Assembly: GCA_041615815.1 (NCBI GenBank)
Contig: JBFJCP010000022.1
Coordinates: 17,444-81,443 of the forward strand
DNA: 64,000 nucleotides
From: Gemmatimonadales bacterium
Lineage (GTDB): Bacteria; Gemmatimonadota; Gemmatimonadetes; Gemmatimonadales; GWC2-71-9
Direction: 5' to 3'
In this document: positions 19,888-29,640 of the stretch, piece after piece
How the letters are laid out: the number at the start of each line of letters is the position of its first letter
How positions within the stretch are numbered: the stretch's first letter is position 1
Program-made: the position numbers and the translations under genes
Notes under the pieces: generated by a model
What the model was told of the DNA's origin: nothing
What the model saw: the letters and a program-made list of their open reading frames with translations, nothing else
Database searches by the model: none

Positions 19888-22800
19888 TGGTGCGGGATTC
19901 ACGTCCTAGCGTCTCCAAAGGGTACGCCGCGGGGCGCAGAGGGAGCCACCGGGGCCCCACCCGAACGGTGCCACTGATCGGCACAGCTGTCCTATTCTTG
20001 ACGGCCTGTGACCGTACGGAGCACCCCCCTCCGCTGTTCGAGCTTCTTCCTCCCGAACGAACCGGGATCGCGTTCGTCAACGAGGTAGTGGACACGCCTG
20101 AGCTCAGCATCCTCAACTATCTCAATTTCTACAACGGTGGCGGTGTGGCGGCTGGTGACATCGATGGCGACGGCCTCGCGGATCTCTACTTCACGTCGAA
20201 CCTGGGGTCCAATCGGCTCTATCGTAACCTGGGCGATTTCCGATTCGAAGACATCACCGAGCGAGCCGGCGCAGGAGCGGTTGAAGGCTGGAAGACGGGC
20301 GTGACGTTCGCCGACGTCAACGGCGACGGATACCTCGACATCTACGTCTCGACCGTCACCCACCTTACGGTGCGTGGACGCAATGTGCTGTTCGTGAACG
20401 ACGGTGATGGCACGTTCACGGACCGGACCGCGGAATACGGACTCGAGCATGTCGGCTACTCGACCCAGGCCACCTTCTTCGACTATGACGAAGACGGAGA
20501 CCTGGACATGTATCTCTTGAACCACTCGACACACGAGGAACGCGGAAGAACTTGGAACCCGCAGCGCGAGACACGCCACCCCAAGGCAGGCGATCGCCTC
20601 TTCCGGAACGAGGGCCTCCGCTTCCTCGATGTCAGCGAGGTGTCCGGCATATACGGCGGTGTCGAAGGGTACGGTTTGGGGGTAGTGGTCAGCGACCTGA
20701 ATGTCGATGGCTGCCCCGACATCTTCGTCGCCAACGATTTTCACGAGAGTGACTTTCTCTACCGCAACAACTGCGACGGCACCTTCACCGAGTCCATCGC
20801 CACCTCAACCGGACACACCAGCTTTTCCTCGATGGGCGTCGATGCCGCCGATTTCACCAACGACGGCAGGACGGACCTCGTGGTTCTCGACATGCTCCCG
20901 GAGCGCGAGGAGATCCTGAAACGCTCCGCTAACGCGGAAGACTTGAATATCTATCAGATGAAGCAGCAGGCCGGTCGTCATTCGCAATACGGCCGAAACA
21001 CGCTTCAGGTGAATCGTGGCCGCGGCCGATTCAGCGAAATCGGCTATCTGGCAGGCGTGTATGCGACCGACTGGAGTTGGGCGGCGCTGTTTTCCGACCT
21101 GGACAACGACGGGTACAAGGACCTGTTCGTCACCAACGGCATCTACCGGCGGCCCAATGATCTGGACTACATCAGCCACGTGGCGGACCGCGCGGTCCAG
21201 GCCGCTCTCGAGCAAGGCATCACGACTGAGCTTCTCACGACGCTGTTGGCAAAGATGCCCCAAGTGCCGATTCCCAACTTCGCCTATCGGAACAACGGCA
21301 ATCTGACCTTCACCGACATGGCCGACCCGTGGGGCTTGGCACAGCCGGGGTTCTCGACGGGCGCCGCCTACGTGGATCTCGACAACGACGGTGCGCTCGA
21401 TCTTGTCGTGAACGACATCAACGGGCCTGCGGGGATCTACCGAAACCGCGCCCGCGAGATCGATGGCCACCATTACCTGACGGTCCACCTGAAAGGAACC
21501 GGGGCGAATACGAGCGGCATTGGCGCAAAGGTCGTCATTCACCATGACGGCCGGATGCAGCTGCTCGAGCAAATGCCAACTCGAGGTTTTCAATCTTCGG
21601 TCGACCCGCGCCTCCATTTTGGATTGGGAGCCTCCCAGCGGATAGACTCGCTGATCGTCATCTGGCCGGACCGTCGTTATCAGGTCCTGGGAGATGTGGC
21701 GACAGACCAGACGGTCACGCTTTCCCAGCAGGACGCGTCTGGCCGGTATGCGTACCGCAAGGACCAGGGGAGCCAGCCGCTGTTCGAGAACGTCACCGCT
21801 CAGCTCACCATCGATGTCAACCATTTGGAGAACAGGTTCTTCGACTACACGCGCCAGCCGCTCATCCCGCACCAGCTCTCCACCGAAGGACCTGCCCTCG
21901 CCGTCGGTGACGTCAATGGCGATGGTCTGGACGACCTCTACGTGGGCGGTGCCAAGTGGCAACCGGGACGGCTCTTGGTTCAGCGGCGTGATGGCACGTT
22001 CGGCCGCGTCAATGAGCGTGTCTTCCGTGCCGACAGTCTGCACGAAGACGTGGACGCGGTGTTCTTCGATGCCAACGGCGATGGATTTCAGGACCTCTAT
22101 GTCGTGAGCGGCGGCAACGAGTTCTGGGGAGATCATGGGGCGCTACAGGATCGGTTGTACGTCAACGACGGACAGGGTCGTTACCATCGAGACGAAGTCG
22201 CCCTCCCAGCATTCTTCGAGAACGGGTCCTGCGTGGTGCCGGGCGACTTCGACGGCGACGGTAACCTCGACCTCTTCGTCGGGAGCCGGGTGATCTCCCG
22301 GCGCTACGGTCTCATCCCACGTAGCTACCTCCTGCAGAACGACGGCATGGGTCGATTCCGCGATGTGACCATAGAGCAAGCGGAGGCGCTGGCTGAAGTG
22401 GGAATGGTGACTTCCGCCACCTGGGTGGATTACGACGACGACGGGCGGCTCGACCTGATCGTCGTTGGAGAGTGGATGCCGATACGGGTTTTTCAGCAGC
22501 AGGATGGCCGGTTCGTAGACCGCACCGTTGAGGCGGGGTTTGCGAAGACGAGTGGCTGGTGGAATCGCGTGGTAGCGGCCGACCTACGAGGGACGGGACG
22601 CCCGGATCTCATTCTCGGCAACCTGGGGTTGAACTCCTACATCCGGGCATCATCCGATGAACCGGCGCGGCTGTACATCCATGATTTCTCTCAGAACGGG
22701 GCGGTGGAGCAGATTCTCACGTTTCCCAAGCATGGCGTGAGCTACCCGATGGCGAGTCGGGACGATCTGATCCGAGCGATTCCGCAACTGCGGAGCCGGT

Positions 22801-23276
22801 ACGCCTCCTATGCCGACTTCGGGGCCAGCCGGATCGAGGATATTTTCTCGGCGTCGGAACTGCGCGAGGCACAGGTCCGGGAAGCGCGTCTGTTTGCTAG
22901 CTCCGTGGCTCTGAACAACGGAGACGGTTCCTTCGATCTCCAGCCGCTACCCATCGAGGCCCAGTACGCCCCGGTCTACGCCGTGCAACCGGAAGACTTC
23001 GATGGTGACGGGCACACCGATCTCGTTATCGCAGGCAATTTCTTCGAGGTTCCGCCCGTGCGCGGGCGATATGATGCCAGCTATGGCCTCATGCTTCGCG
23101 GTGACGGGGCGGGCAGGTTCGCAGCGGTGGACCTGGAGACGAGCAATCTCGTGATCGTTGGACAGGTGCGGGACCTGGAGCTGCTGCAATACGCGGACGG
23201 CAGCCGGCTAATTGTCGTGGCGCGGAACAATGAAACGGTCCAGATTTTCCGTCCGCTCGCGCTCAAACGGCCCTGA
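19887..23276 (+). CDS. Second VCBS/FG-GAP + ASPIC/UnbV lipoprotein, paralog of 13922..17305
   Basis: ATG 19887 overlaps the GH97 stop (TAATG); lipobox LTAC; NFYNGGGVAAGD, TDWSWAALFSDLDNDG, TRGFQSSVD..LHFGLG; same architecture as the first copy. Confidence 0.9.
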   Translation: MVRDSRPSVSKGYAAGRRGSHRGPTRTVPLIGTAVLFLTACDRTEHPPPLFELLPPERTGIAFVNEVVDTPELSILNYLNFYNGGGVAAGDIDGDGLADLYFTSNLGSNRLYRNLGDFRFEDITERAGAGAVEGWKTGVTFADVNGDGYLDIYVSTVTHLTVRGRNVLFVNDGDGTFTDRTAEYGLEHVGYSTQATFFDYDEDGDLDMYLLNHSTHEERGRTWNPQRETRHPKAGDRLFRNEGLRFLDVSEVSGIYGGVEGYGLGVVVSDLNVDGCPDIFVANDFHESDFLYRNNCDGTFTESIATSTGHTSFSSMGVDAADFTNDGRTDLVVLDMLPEREEILKRSANAEDLNIYQMKQQAGRHSQYGRNTLQVNRGRGRFSEIGYLAGVYATDWSWAALFSDLDNDGYKDLFVTNGIYRRPNDLDYISHVADRAVQAALEQGITTELLTTLLAKMPQVPIPNFAYRNNGNLTFTDMADPWGLAQPGFSTGAAYVDLDNDGALDLVVNDINGPAGIYRNRAREIDGHHYLTVHLKGTGANTSGIGAKVVIHHDGRMQLLEQMPTRGFQSSVDPRLHFGLGASQRIDSLIVIWPDRRYQVLGDVATDQTVTLSQQDASGRYAYRKDQGSQPLFENVTAQLTIDVNHLENRFFDYTRQPLIPHQLSTEGPALAVGDVNGDGLDDLYVGGAKWQPGRLLVQRRDGTFGRVNERVFRADSLHEDVDAVFFDANGDGFQDLYVVSGGNEFWGDHGALQDRLYVNDGQGRYHRDEVALPAFFENGSCVVPGDFDGDGNLDLFVGSRVISRRYGLIPRSYLLQNDGMGRFRDVTIEQAEALAEVGMVTSATWVDYDDDGRLDLIVVGEWMPIRVFQQQDGRFVDRTVEAGFAKTSGWWNRVVAADLRGTGRPDLILGNLGLNSYIRASSDEPARLYIHDFSQNGAVEQILTFPKHGVSYPMASRDDLIRAIPQLRSRYASYADFGASRIEDIFSASELREAQVREARLFASSVALNNGDGSFDLQPLPIEAQYAPVYAVQPEDFDGDGHTDLVIAGNFFEVPPVRGRYDASYGLMLRGDGAGRFAAVDLETSNLVIVGQVRDLELLQYADGSRLIVVARNNETVQIFRPLALKRP

Positions 23277-23323
23277 TCGGTTCTCTGCAGCGGTTGCGGA
23301 AAGCGTGGAGGTAGCGCGTGATA

Positions 23324-24154
23324 TCATCGGAGCGGCCATCGAAGGCCACGGTGCGCTGACGGAGCCGCCTGCGCGTCGGGCTGCGCCGCCTCAGCACGTG
23401 ATTTCCACCACATCTCGACGAGCAGCGCGGCCGGCCCGACAATGAAAAGTGCGTAAAATGGCGCATAGATGACCTCGGCGAGCCGGAGCAGCATCTCGAC
23501 GAACGCGACGAGGAACACGACGACGATCGCGCCTCGCTTGGATGATACCGTGGTCTTTGGGTCCGTGATCATGAACAGCGCGAAGAGCTGGTACATGGGC
23601 CCCGTGATTGGGGCGATCTCCGCTGCGAACGAGCTGTCTGTGAATACAGTCCGCACGTAGGCGAAGACGAAAAAGGACGCTACGTACGCCAACGTGATGT
23701 GTGCGCGCTTGGCTAGCCAAATCGCATTCAGGCCCACCGTCCAAATGACGAGCATCGGCCACAGGTCGTTCCCCCACTGAACGCTCAACGGCGCTACGGC
23801 AAAGGGCGCCAGGAAGAGCAGGGCGCAGATGCCGAAGTTGGATGGATTCCAGAGGTGTCGCCCCTTCATTCGTAGGACGTACTTCGACATGATGGAGAGC
23901 ACCCCACCCACCGCGTAGGGCCACAGCACGGGCGAACGCACGAGGATGGCAATGCTGATGCCGGAGATGTAGGCACTGACGAGCTGCTGCGGCCGGCCCG
24001 TGAGAAGACGCCGTAGCGCGAATTCTGTCGCCATGGCCGAAAAGATCGCGAGGGCGATCGCCTCGTAGCCGCGCAACACCCCGTAAGACCAGTGAGCGCC
24101 GATCAGGATGAGCGTAATGAGAAGTGGCGCCGTCAGGCGCCGGTCGTACTTCAT
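23324..24154 (-). CDS. UnbU / RnfD-NqrB-like integral membrane protein
   Basis: ATG 24154 overlaps the upstream stop (ATGA); 8-9 hydrophobic helices; SAYISGISI, SKYVLR..GRHLWNPSNFG, LFALFMITDPKTT resemble the RnfD/NqrB NxFNP and FMxTDPxT motifs and enediyne UnbU. Confidence 0.8.
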   Translation of the reverse strand: MKYDRRLTAPLLITLILIGAHWSYGVLRGYEAIALAIFSAMATEFALRRLLTGRPQQLVSAYISGISIAILVRSPVLWPYAVGGVLSIMSKYVLRMKGRHLWNPSNFGICALLFLAPFAVAPLSVQWGNDLWPMLVIWTVGLNAIWLAKRAHITLAYVASFFVFAYVRTVFTDSSFAAEIAPITGPMYQLFALFMITDPKTTVSSKRGAIVVVFLVAFVEMLLRLAEVIYAPFYALFIVGPAALLVEMWWKSRAEAAQPDAQAAPSAHRGLRWPLR

Positions 24155-25989
24155 TGCGGCTCCGTGAGGGCGTGCAGAGTGTTGATGGCGGGCGATGGGA
24201 TCGTCTGTACGGTACCGGAGGGCCAGCGGATCACGATACTGTCGACCTGCGACGCGGGGCCCAACCCGTAGTGTGCCCGACGCTGGTTCTGCGAGGCAAA
24301 CCCGTTGCCGCCATCGATCTGCTGAATCTGCTCCGTGCCCGCCCAATAGAGGTGCAGCTCCGCACCGATGGCGCTCCGATTGCTACGGGTGCCCTCCAAC
24401 GCGAACGCGATCCAGCCGTGCTCGGCCCTGACCGTGTTCTTGTAGACCAAGAGTGGCCCGCGCTGATACGCCACCACGACGTCAAGCACGCCGCGGTTCC
24501 AGAGATCGGCGACCGCTACGGCACGCCCATCGTATCGATTGACCACCCCAACGGCCGGGGTCACGTCTTGGAATCGGCCCGTTCCGTCGTTCAGCCACAC
24601 GCGGTCCGCTTGGTAGCCTGAGAGGCTGCGCCCCCGCATGGCGGGCCAATTGCTCGCGTCGGCGATAATGTTGCGATGGCCACCGGCGACCATGGAGTAG
24701 TCGTACCAATAGCTGTCCCGCGTCTCGCCCGAGACGAAGCCGTTGGTCACGAAGAGATCGAGCCAGCCGTCGTTGTTCAAGTCACCAAACTGCGCACCGA
24801 AGGCAAAACCAGCCAACTCCACCCCCATGGCGCCGGCTAGGTTCCGATAACGGGGTGCCCCGCCCGAGTCATGCGTGGGCACCCACAGGTCGTTGCCGTG
24901 GATGAGCACCCCGGGCTCCGAGATGTTGGTCACGTAGAGCGTCCACTCGCCACGGTTCAGGACATCTCCGAACGATGCGTTCATCCCGCTCTTCGGCGTG
25001 CGAGCGACGTTCGCCTCGCGGCCGACCTCGCGGAAGCGCCGGCCTCGATCGTTGATGTACAGCTCGTTGATCCCGAAATCATTCGCGACGAAGAGATCTG
25101 GATCGCCGTCGTGGTCCACATCCGCGGCCGCCGCGGCGAGCGTCCAGCGCTCGCTCGTCAGACCGGTGGCCTCAGCAACTTCTTCGAAGATGCCATCGCC
25201 CCGATTACGGAAGAGATAGTTGCGTCCACCATTCTGCGCATACTCGAAGCTCTCGGGCATCACGCGGGTGTTGGTGAGATTCCACAGATTCAGGTCCGCG
25301 GGATAGAACCCACCCACGAAGAGATCGATCCAGCCATCACGGTCGTAGTCGAACCAGACAGCCGCGTTGGCGTTGATCCAATCGGGCAAGTTGGCGGACT
25401 CAGTGACGCGCGTGAAACCGCTCCCGCGGTCGTTGTGGAACAGCTCGGGGCGACCCCACCGGTACAGGAACAGGTCCTCATAGCCGTCGTTATCGTAGTC
25501 CCCCCACACGGCTCCCATCGAGACACCGGTGGCCCGGTGATTCACCTCCGCCACGCCCAGTGGAGCGGCCACGTCTTCGAAGGTGCCGTCCTGCCGGTTG
25601 CGATAGAGCGCGTTCCGGCTACCCACTGCGCTGTTCGTCACGTACAGGTCCTGCCAGCCGTCGCGGTCGAAATCCGTGACCGAGACGGCGGCACCGTACG
25701 CCGCTACCGCCGGCATGATGGGCTCGAGTTTAGGGTCGAGCATTGGTGGCTGGTGGGTGAACCGGATGCCGGCAGCATCCGAAACCGCTTGGAGTGCGAA
25801 GCCGTAGCGCTCGAGAGCCGCCGGCACGCTCAGTCCGGCATCGTCCGCCCGGGAGCCCGACGAGAAGTACCGGACGGCAACCGGCGTGGCGAGGAGCCCA
25901 AGGAAGACGAACGCCGTGAGAGCCTTGAGAAAGCGACGCGGCCGTGGGGCCGCCGCTCCCTCAACGGTCGATTCTGGGCGCGAGTGCAC
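24151..25989 (-). CDS. CRTAC1-family protein: FG-GAP repeats + C-terminal ASPIC/UnbV domain (UnbV-like)
   Basis: N-terminal hydrophobic anchor, DFDRDGWQD, DYDNDGYED, MPESFEYAQNGG, SNRSAIGAEL...GGNGFASQ..RAHYGLG..IRWPSG. Confidence 0.9.
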   Translation of the reverse strand: MHSRPESTVEGAAAPRPRRFLKALTAFVFLGLLATPVAVRYFSSGSRADDAGLSVPAALERYGFALQAVSDAAGIRFTHQPPMLDPKLEPIMPAVAAYGAAVSVTDFDRDGWQDLYVTNSAVGSRNALYRNRQDGTFEDVAAPLGVAEVNHRATGVSMGAVWGDYDNDGYEDLFLYRWGRPELFHNDRGSGFTRVTESANLPDWINANAAVWFDYDRDGWIDLFVGGFYPADLNLWNLTNTRVMPESFEYAQNGGRNYLFRNRGDGIFEEVAEATGLTSERWTLAAAAADVDHDGDPDLFVANDFGINELYINDRGRRFREVGREANVARTPKSGMNASFGDVLNRGEWTLYVTNISEPGVLIHGNDLWVPTHDSGGAPRYRNLAGAMGVELAGFAFGAQFGDLNNDGWLDLFVTNGFVSGETRDSYWYDYSMVAGGHRNIIADASNWPAMRGRSLSGYQADRVWLNDGTGRFQDVTPAVGVVNRYDGRAVAVADLWNRGVLDVVVAYQRGPLLVYKNTVRAEHGWIAFALEGTRSNRSAIGAELHLYWAGTEQIQQIDGGNGFASQNQRRAHYGLGPASQVDSIVIRWPSGTVQTIPSPAINTLHALTEPQ

Positions 25990-28900
25990 GATGGAAGATC
26001 CGCGGCGTCACGTAGCGGGTGTGAAAAACCTTCCAGTCTTCCGGGTGGCGGCGGTACGCCGGATCGTCCTCCAACCGGCCCGGTGGGCGGGCATAGTCGG
26101 ACATCCCATGATAGGGCAGTGGGAGGACGGTCGTCGAGAAGCCCGTATTGTAGTCTCCGTCTTTCACCCAACCGTCGCCGATGAGCACGAAGTCGCGCGT
26201 CCAGCCTTCCGGTGGGGCAGACGGGGCCGGAAATCGGAGAACCAATTCGTCTCCTGCGTTCATTATAGTATATCGGTCGTCGATAGCCTCGTTCAAAGGG
26301 CGTACGTCGCCGAAGCGGGTATGGAAGCCTACGAGGTCCCGCCACTGTGGTACCGCGGTGACAATCTCGTTGTAGTCCGGAAGCTCGGGTGCGGTACGGC
26401 GAGCCTGCGTCACTTGCGAGAAGCCGCGGTACCGCAGCTCGGCCGTGGTGGGGAGGAGCCGGTGCACAGCGACCGGTGCGTCGGGCTGGCCTACCGTCCA
26501 CGCGATCTGATCCCAATAGATCTCCATGTTGGTGCGCAGACGCACGTGGCGCGGCGTCGCAGGTCGGAAGGCGTGCTGCAGATCGATGAGTATCGTTTTC
26601 GTTTTTCCGGCCGGGAACCCGATATCGGAATCCACGATCGTCCAACCCCCGTTGCCGTCCGGCACCTCGAGCTGCAGCCCGCGCGGCCCAGGATGGTCGC
26701 CCTGGGTGACGGCGACATTGATGGAGGCATCGGTGGGATACACCCATCCGGATGCGACCAGCCAGAGCGGTTCTTCGGTAGGGACATCGGTACCGAGTGC
26801 GATCTCGACATAGTGCTCGCGGGCGATACCCTGGTAGTCACCCAGTTCGAACGTGTCTACGAAACGCTCGTCACGCGTACGGATCAATCCGGTCACGTCG
26901 CGCCCCGCATCATCCCGAACCCAGGCCACGGCACGGAGCGGTTGCATGACGTGCACCGTACGTGCGGGTGGAGGGAGCGTGAAGCGTTCGTCGACGAACA
27001 CCTCAGTACCCGTTGGATGGTCTACGACCATCAGCGAGACGTGATCGAAGAAGTGTGTTTCCCACAGCTCCGCCGTGATGCGCACGTCATAGAACCCGTT
27101 GCGCGGAGCCAACTGATCGCCCCGGATCTTGATCCAGTCCTCGCTGTGGATCACCGTCGCGTCTCCCTGCGCGTTGATCCGCAGACCGAGCGCCGAGCGC
27201 CAGATGAAATCCGTCACGAACTGCATCCCTTCGCCATCGAACGTGAACACCCAGGGACACGAGCCCTTGAGCCGCTGTCGCGTCAGGATCGTCTCGTTGG
27301 TGGCCGAGAGGTTGAACTCGGCTTGGACGGTCCCATTGGGCCAGATGATGCGGGCGACATCCACTTGCGGGTGCTCTCCCAGGCCGACGTGGATGGCAGG
27401 ACCCTGGATCACCTGCTTCTGGTACAGCAGGCCCGCCCTGATCTCGATCTCCCCGCCTATTCCGAACGAATTGATGCGTCGATCCCCGGTAGTCTGTGCT
27501 GCCTGAGGGCGGATGTTGGTCGAGTAATAGTCCGTAGTGCCGCGGTTGACGAGCAACCGTGTCGCACCGTCCGACGACACACCGATCAGGTCGAGCCGAC
27601 CCTCACCGCTGACGTCGGCGATACTCGTGATCTGGATATCCACCGGTGAGAGGAGTCTCAACCCGAGCGCCGTGTTGAGCCACACCCGTGCGCTGGAGGC
27701 CGCGGATGCCACGAGATCGAGATCGCCATTGTTATCCAGATCGGTCACGAAGAGTCGTGTCGCTGAAGGACCGGTCGGTGAGAAGTCCGGCCACCGCGTG
27801 AGCGCTTCGGCTTCCCAGTCCCCCTCCTCGAGCGAGAGCCGGCTCAGTGTCCCGTCTGCCCGGAGGAGCACCAGGTCCAGGATCGCGTCCCGGTTCAGGT
27901 CCGAGGCGGCGATCGCGTGCACGGACCCGAGCGTATCCGGCACCGGGAGTGGCTCGAACTGCGGAACGCGGAAGCGGCCGTTACGGAACACGCGTAGGCG
28001 GCCGTCCGCGTCGAGGAGCGCGGCATCCGGGTCACCATCGGCATCCAGATCGGCCCACACGAAATCACGCACACCGGCCGTTCCCTGAAACTCGGGATAG
28101 AGCTCGAATCGCCCGTCGCCCCGATTGCGGAGCACCACGGGGGCGCCCTCCGTCGCTCCGAGCACGAGATCCAAGTCACCCTCCATGTCCAGGTCGGCGG
28201 CCCAAACGCCGGCGTACGACCCAACGGCCACACCCCGCGGGAAGGCCTCGCGCGTCACATCCGTGAAGGAGCCGCTCCCGTCCTGACGGAGCAGGCGAAG
28301 TCCGCCCGGAGTTGCCAGTGCCAGGTCCATCCGGAAGTCGTCGTTGTAGTCCAGCGGTGCAATAACAGCCGGCGAAAACGGCGCAGTCGCTGGTCCAGCA
28401 GGGAACTCGAACGCCTCGACCCGGCCGGGCTCTGGTGAGATCCACACGGTCCCAGGCCTCGCAGCGACCAGCGCGAGCGGCACCTCGTCGCTGAGCCACA
28501 GCGCACGCACCCAGGCCATGGGTCCAGCCGGTGCCACCGAGAGCGTCTCCGGCAGGAACTGGAGCCCCGTATCCGGCGGGGCCGACTGCGCGGAGGGGTT
28601 GGGCAGCCGCACGAAACGCGTCAGCAGGAGTTCCACTCGGCTCGGCGAGGCGAGCACAGCGTCCTGGTCGTCGGCATAGGCGGGTAGGGGCTGCAACTCC
28701 GCCTGCAGAAACGCGATCTGGGTGGCGGCACGGGCAAATGCGCCTGCCTCACCGGCGCTCAGCACCACCCGAAGCTCGTCGGCGAGGGGGAACGACAGGC
28801 GATCGGCCCGAGCGCCAATGCGGTCGAGCGTCTGGCGGAGCGCCCCCAGGTCCTGCAGTTTGGCGGCGAGGCGCGCGCGTTCGAGCAGGGCCACCAGATT

Positions 28901-29491
28901 CTCGGGCTGCACGGCCAGAATCCGCTCGATCAGCTGCGCTGCGTCTACGTCGCTCTCGGGGCGATCCTCTTGTTCGACGACCTGGGCCAGGAGATAGAGG
29001 GCCCGGAGGCTTCCGGGGTCGAGTTCGACGGCGCGCCGAAGGTGTTCCGTGGCCGCGTCGGGGCGCCCTCGCTCGCGCGCGACGAGCGCGGAGATAAACA
29101 GGATGCGGCTGTCCTCGGGAGCAAGCCGGCGTGCTTCTTCGAGCCGGTCCGCCGCCTGGTCCAATTCGCGTCGTTGGAGCGCGATCATCCCGCGATTGGC
29201 CCAGCCGGCCGGCTCTCGGGGGATGAGTTCCGTGAAGCGCGCGAAGGCGGCTTGGGCGAGCCCGCTCTCCCCGGCCTGAGCGGCCGCCACACCGCGGTAG
29301 AAGGCCGTAACGGCATCCGCGTAGGTGGGGGACGAAGGGTCGGGGAGATCGCGCCCGCAGGCCGCTGCACCCAAGGCGAACACGAGCGCGGCGGAAGTGT
29401 GAAGAGCGACTCTCAACGGGCCTGACCGATGTTCCTGGGGAAGTTGCTCAAGGAGTTTTGGGAAGCTAGATCCGTGGGTGAGAGGGCGCAA
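25961..29491 (-). CDS. TPR + FG-GAP + ASPIC/UnbV + uncharacterised C-terminal domain lipoprotein
   Basis: Lipobox-like AAAC, N-terminal TPR-like helices, ADLDMEGDLD/ADLDADGDPD repeats, RRINSFGIGGEIEI..HVGLG..RIIWPNG, then KGSCPW and a ~430 aa tail. Start codon uncertain. Confidence 0.85.
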   Translation of the reverse strand: MRPLTHGSSFPKLLEQLPQEHRSGPLRVALHTSAALVFALGAAACGRDLPDPSSPTYADAVTAFYRGVAAAQAGESGLAQAAFARFTELIPREPAGWANRGMIALQRRELDQAADRLEEARRLAPEDSRILFISALVARERGRPDAATEHLRRAVELDPGSLRALYLLAQVVEQEDRPESDVDAAQLIERILAVQPENLVALLERARLAAKLQDLGALRQTLDRIGARADRLSFPLADELRVVLSAGEAGAFARAATQIAFLQAELQPLPAYADDQDAVLASPSRVELLLTRFVRLPNPSAQSAPPDTGLQFLPETLSVAPAGPMAWVRALWLSDEVPLALVAARPGTVWISPEPGRVEAFEFPAGPATAPFSPAVIAPLDYNDDFRMDLALATPGGLRLLRQDGSGSFTDVTREAFPRGVAVGSYAGVWAADLDMEGDLDLVLGATEGAPVVLRNRGDGRFELYPEFQGTAGVRDFVWADLDADGDPDAALLDADGRLRVFRNGRFRVPQFEPLPVPDTLGSVHAIAASDLNRDAILDLVLLRADGTLSRLSLEEGDWEAEALTRWPDFSPTGPSATRLFVTDLDNNGDLDLVASAASSARVWLNTALGLRLLSPVDIQITSIADVSGEGRLDLIGVSSDGATRLLVNRGTTDYYSTNIRPQAAQTTGDRRINSFGIGGEIEIRAGLLYQKQVIQGPAIHVGLGEHPQVDVARIIWPNGTVQAEFNLSATNETILTRQRLKGSCPWVFTFDGEGMQFVTDFIWRSALGLRINAQGDATVIHSEDWIKIRGDQLAPRNGFYDVRITAELWETHFFDHVSLMVVDHPTGTEVFVDERFTLPPPARTVHVMQPLRAVAWVRDDAGRDVTGLIRTRDERFVDTFELGDYQGIAREHYVEIALGTDVPTEEPLWLVASGWVYPTDASINVAVTQGDHPGPRGLQLEVPDGNGGWTIVDSDIGFPAGKTKTILIDLQHAFRPATPRHVRLRTNMEIYWDQIAWTVGQPDAPVAVHRLLPTTAELRYRGFSQVTQARRTAPELPDYNEIVTAVPQWRDLVGFHTRFGDVRPLNEAIDDRYTIMNAGDELVLRFPAPSAPPEGWTRDFVLIGDGWVKDGDYNTGFSTTVLPLPYHGMSDYARPPGRLEDDPAYRRHPEDWKVFHTRYVTPRIFHRALAPRIDR

Positions 29492-29640
29492 GGCGACGCA
29501 CGGGCGCTCGGTGCACGGGCGCCACCGCCCGGTAGCGGGCAGGCGCTAAGCATTACGGGCCGATGGAGATAGGCGTATACTAGCCGGTTCCAAGCTGGAA
29601 AACCGGATTCCACTCGTTCACCAAAGACCTTGAGGTCCCC

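Noticed and set aside
23324..29491. Enediyne biosynthetic cluster or Rnf/Nqr respiratory complex
   Set aside because: No PKSE, thioesterase or UnbL-like gene and no other Rnf/Nqr subunit in the window; the membrane protein lacks the FMN-attachment motif.
13922..29491. Recurrent GACxxxGACGGCGAC-like DNA motifs suggesting a repeat array or CRISPR
   Set aside because: They are codons of FG-GAP/VCBS DxDGDG protein repeats; there is no fixed repeat-spacer structure and no cas genes.
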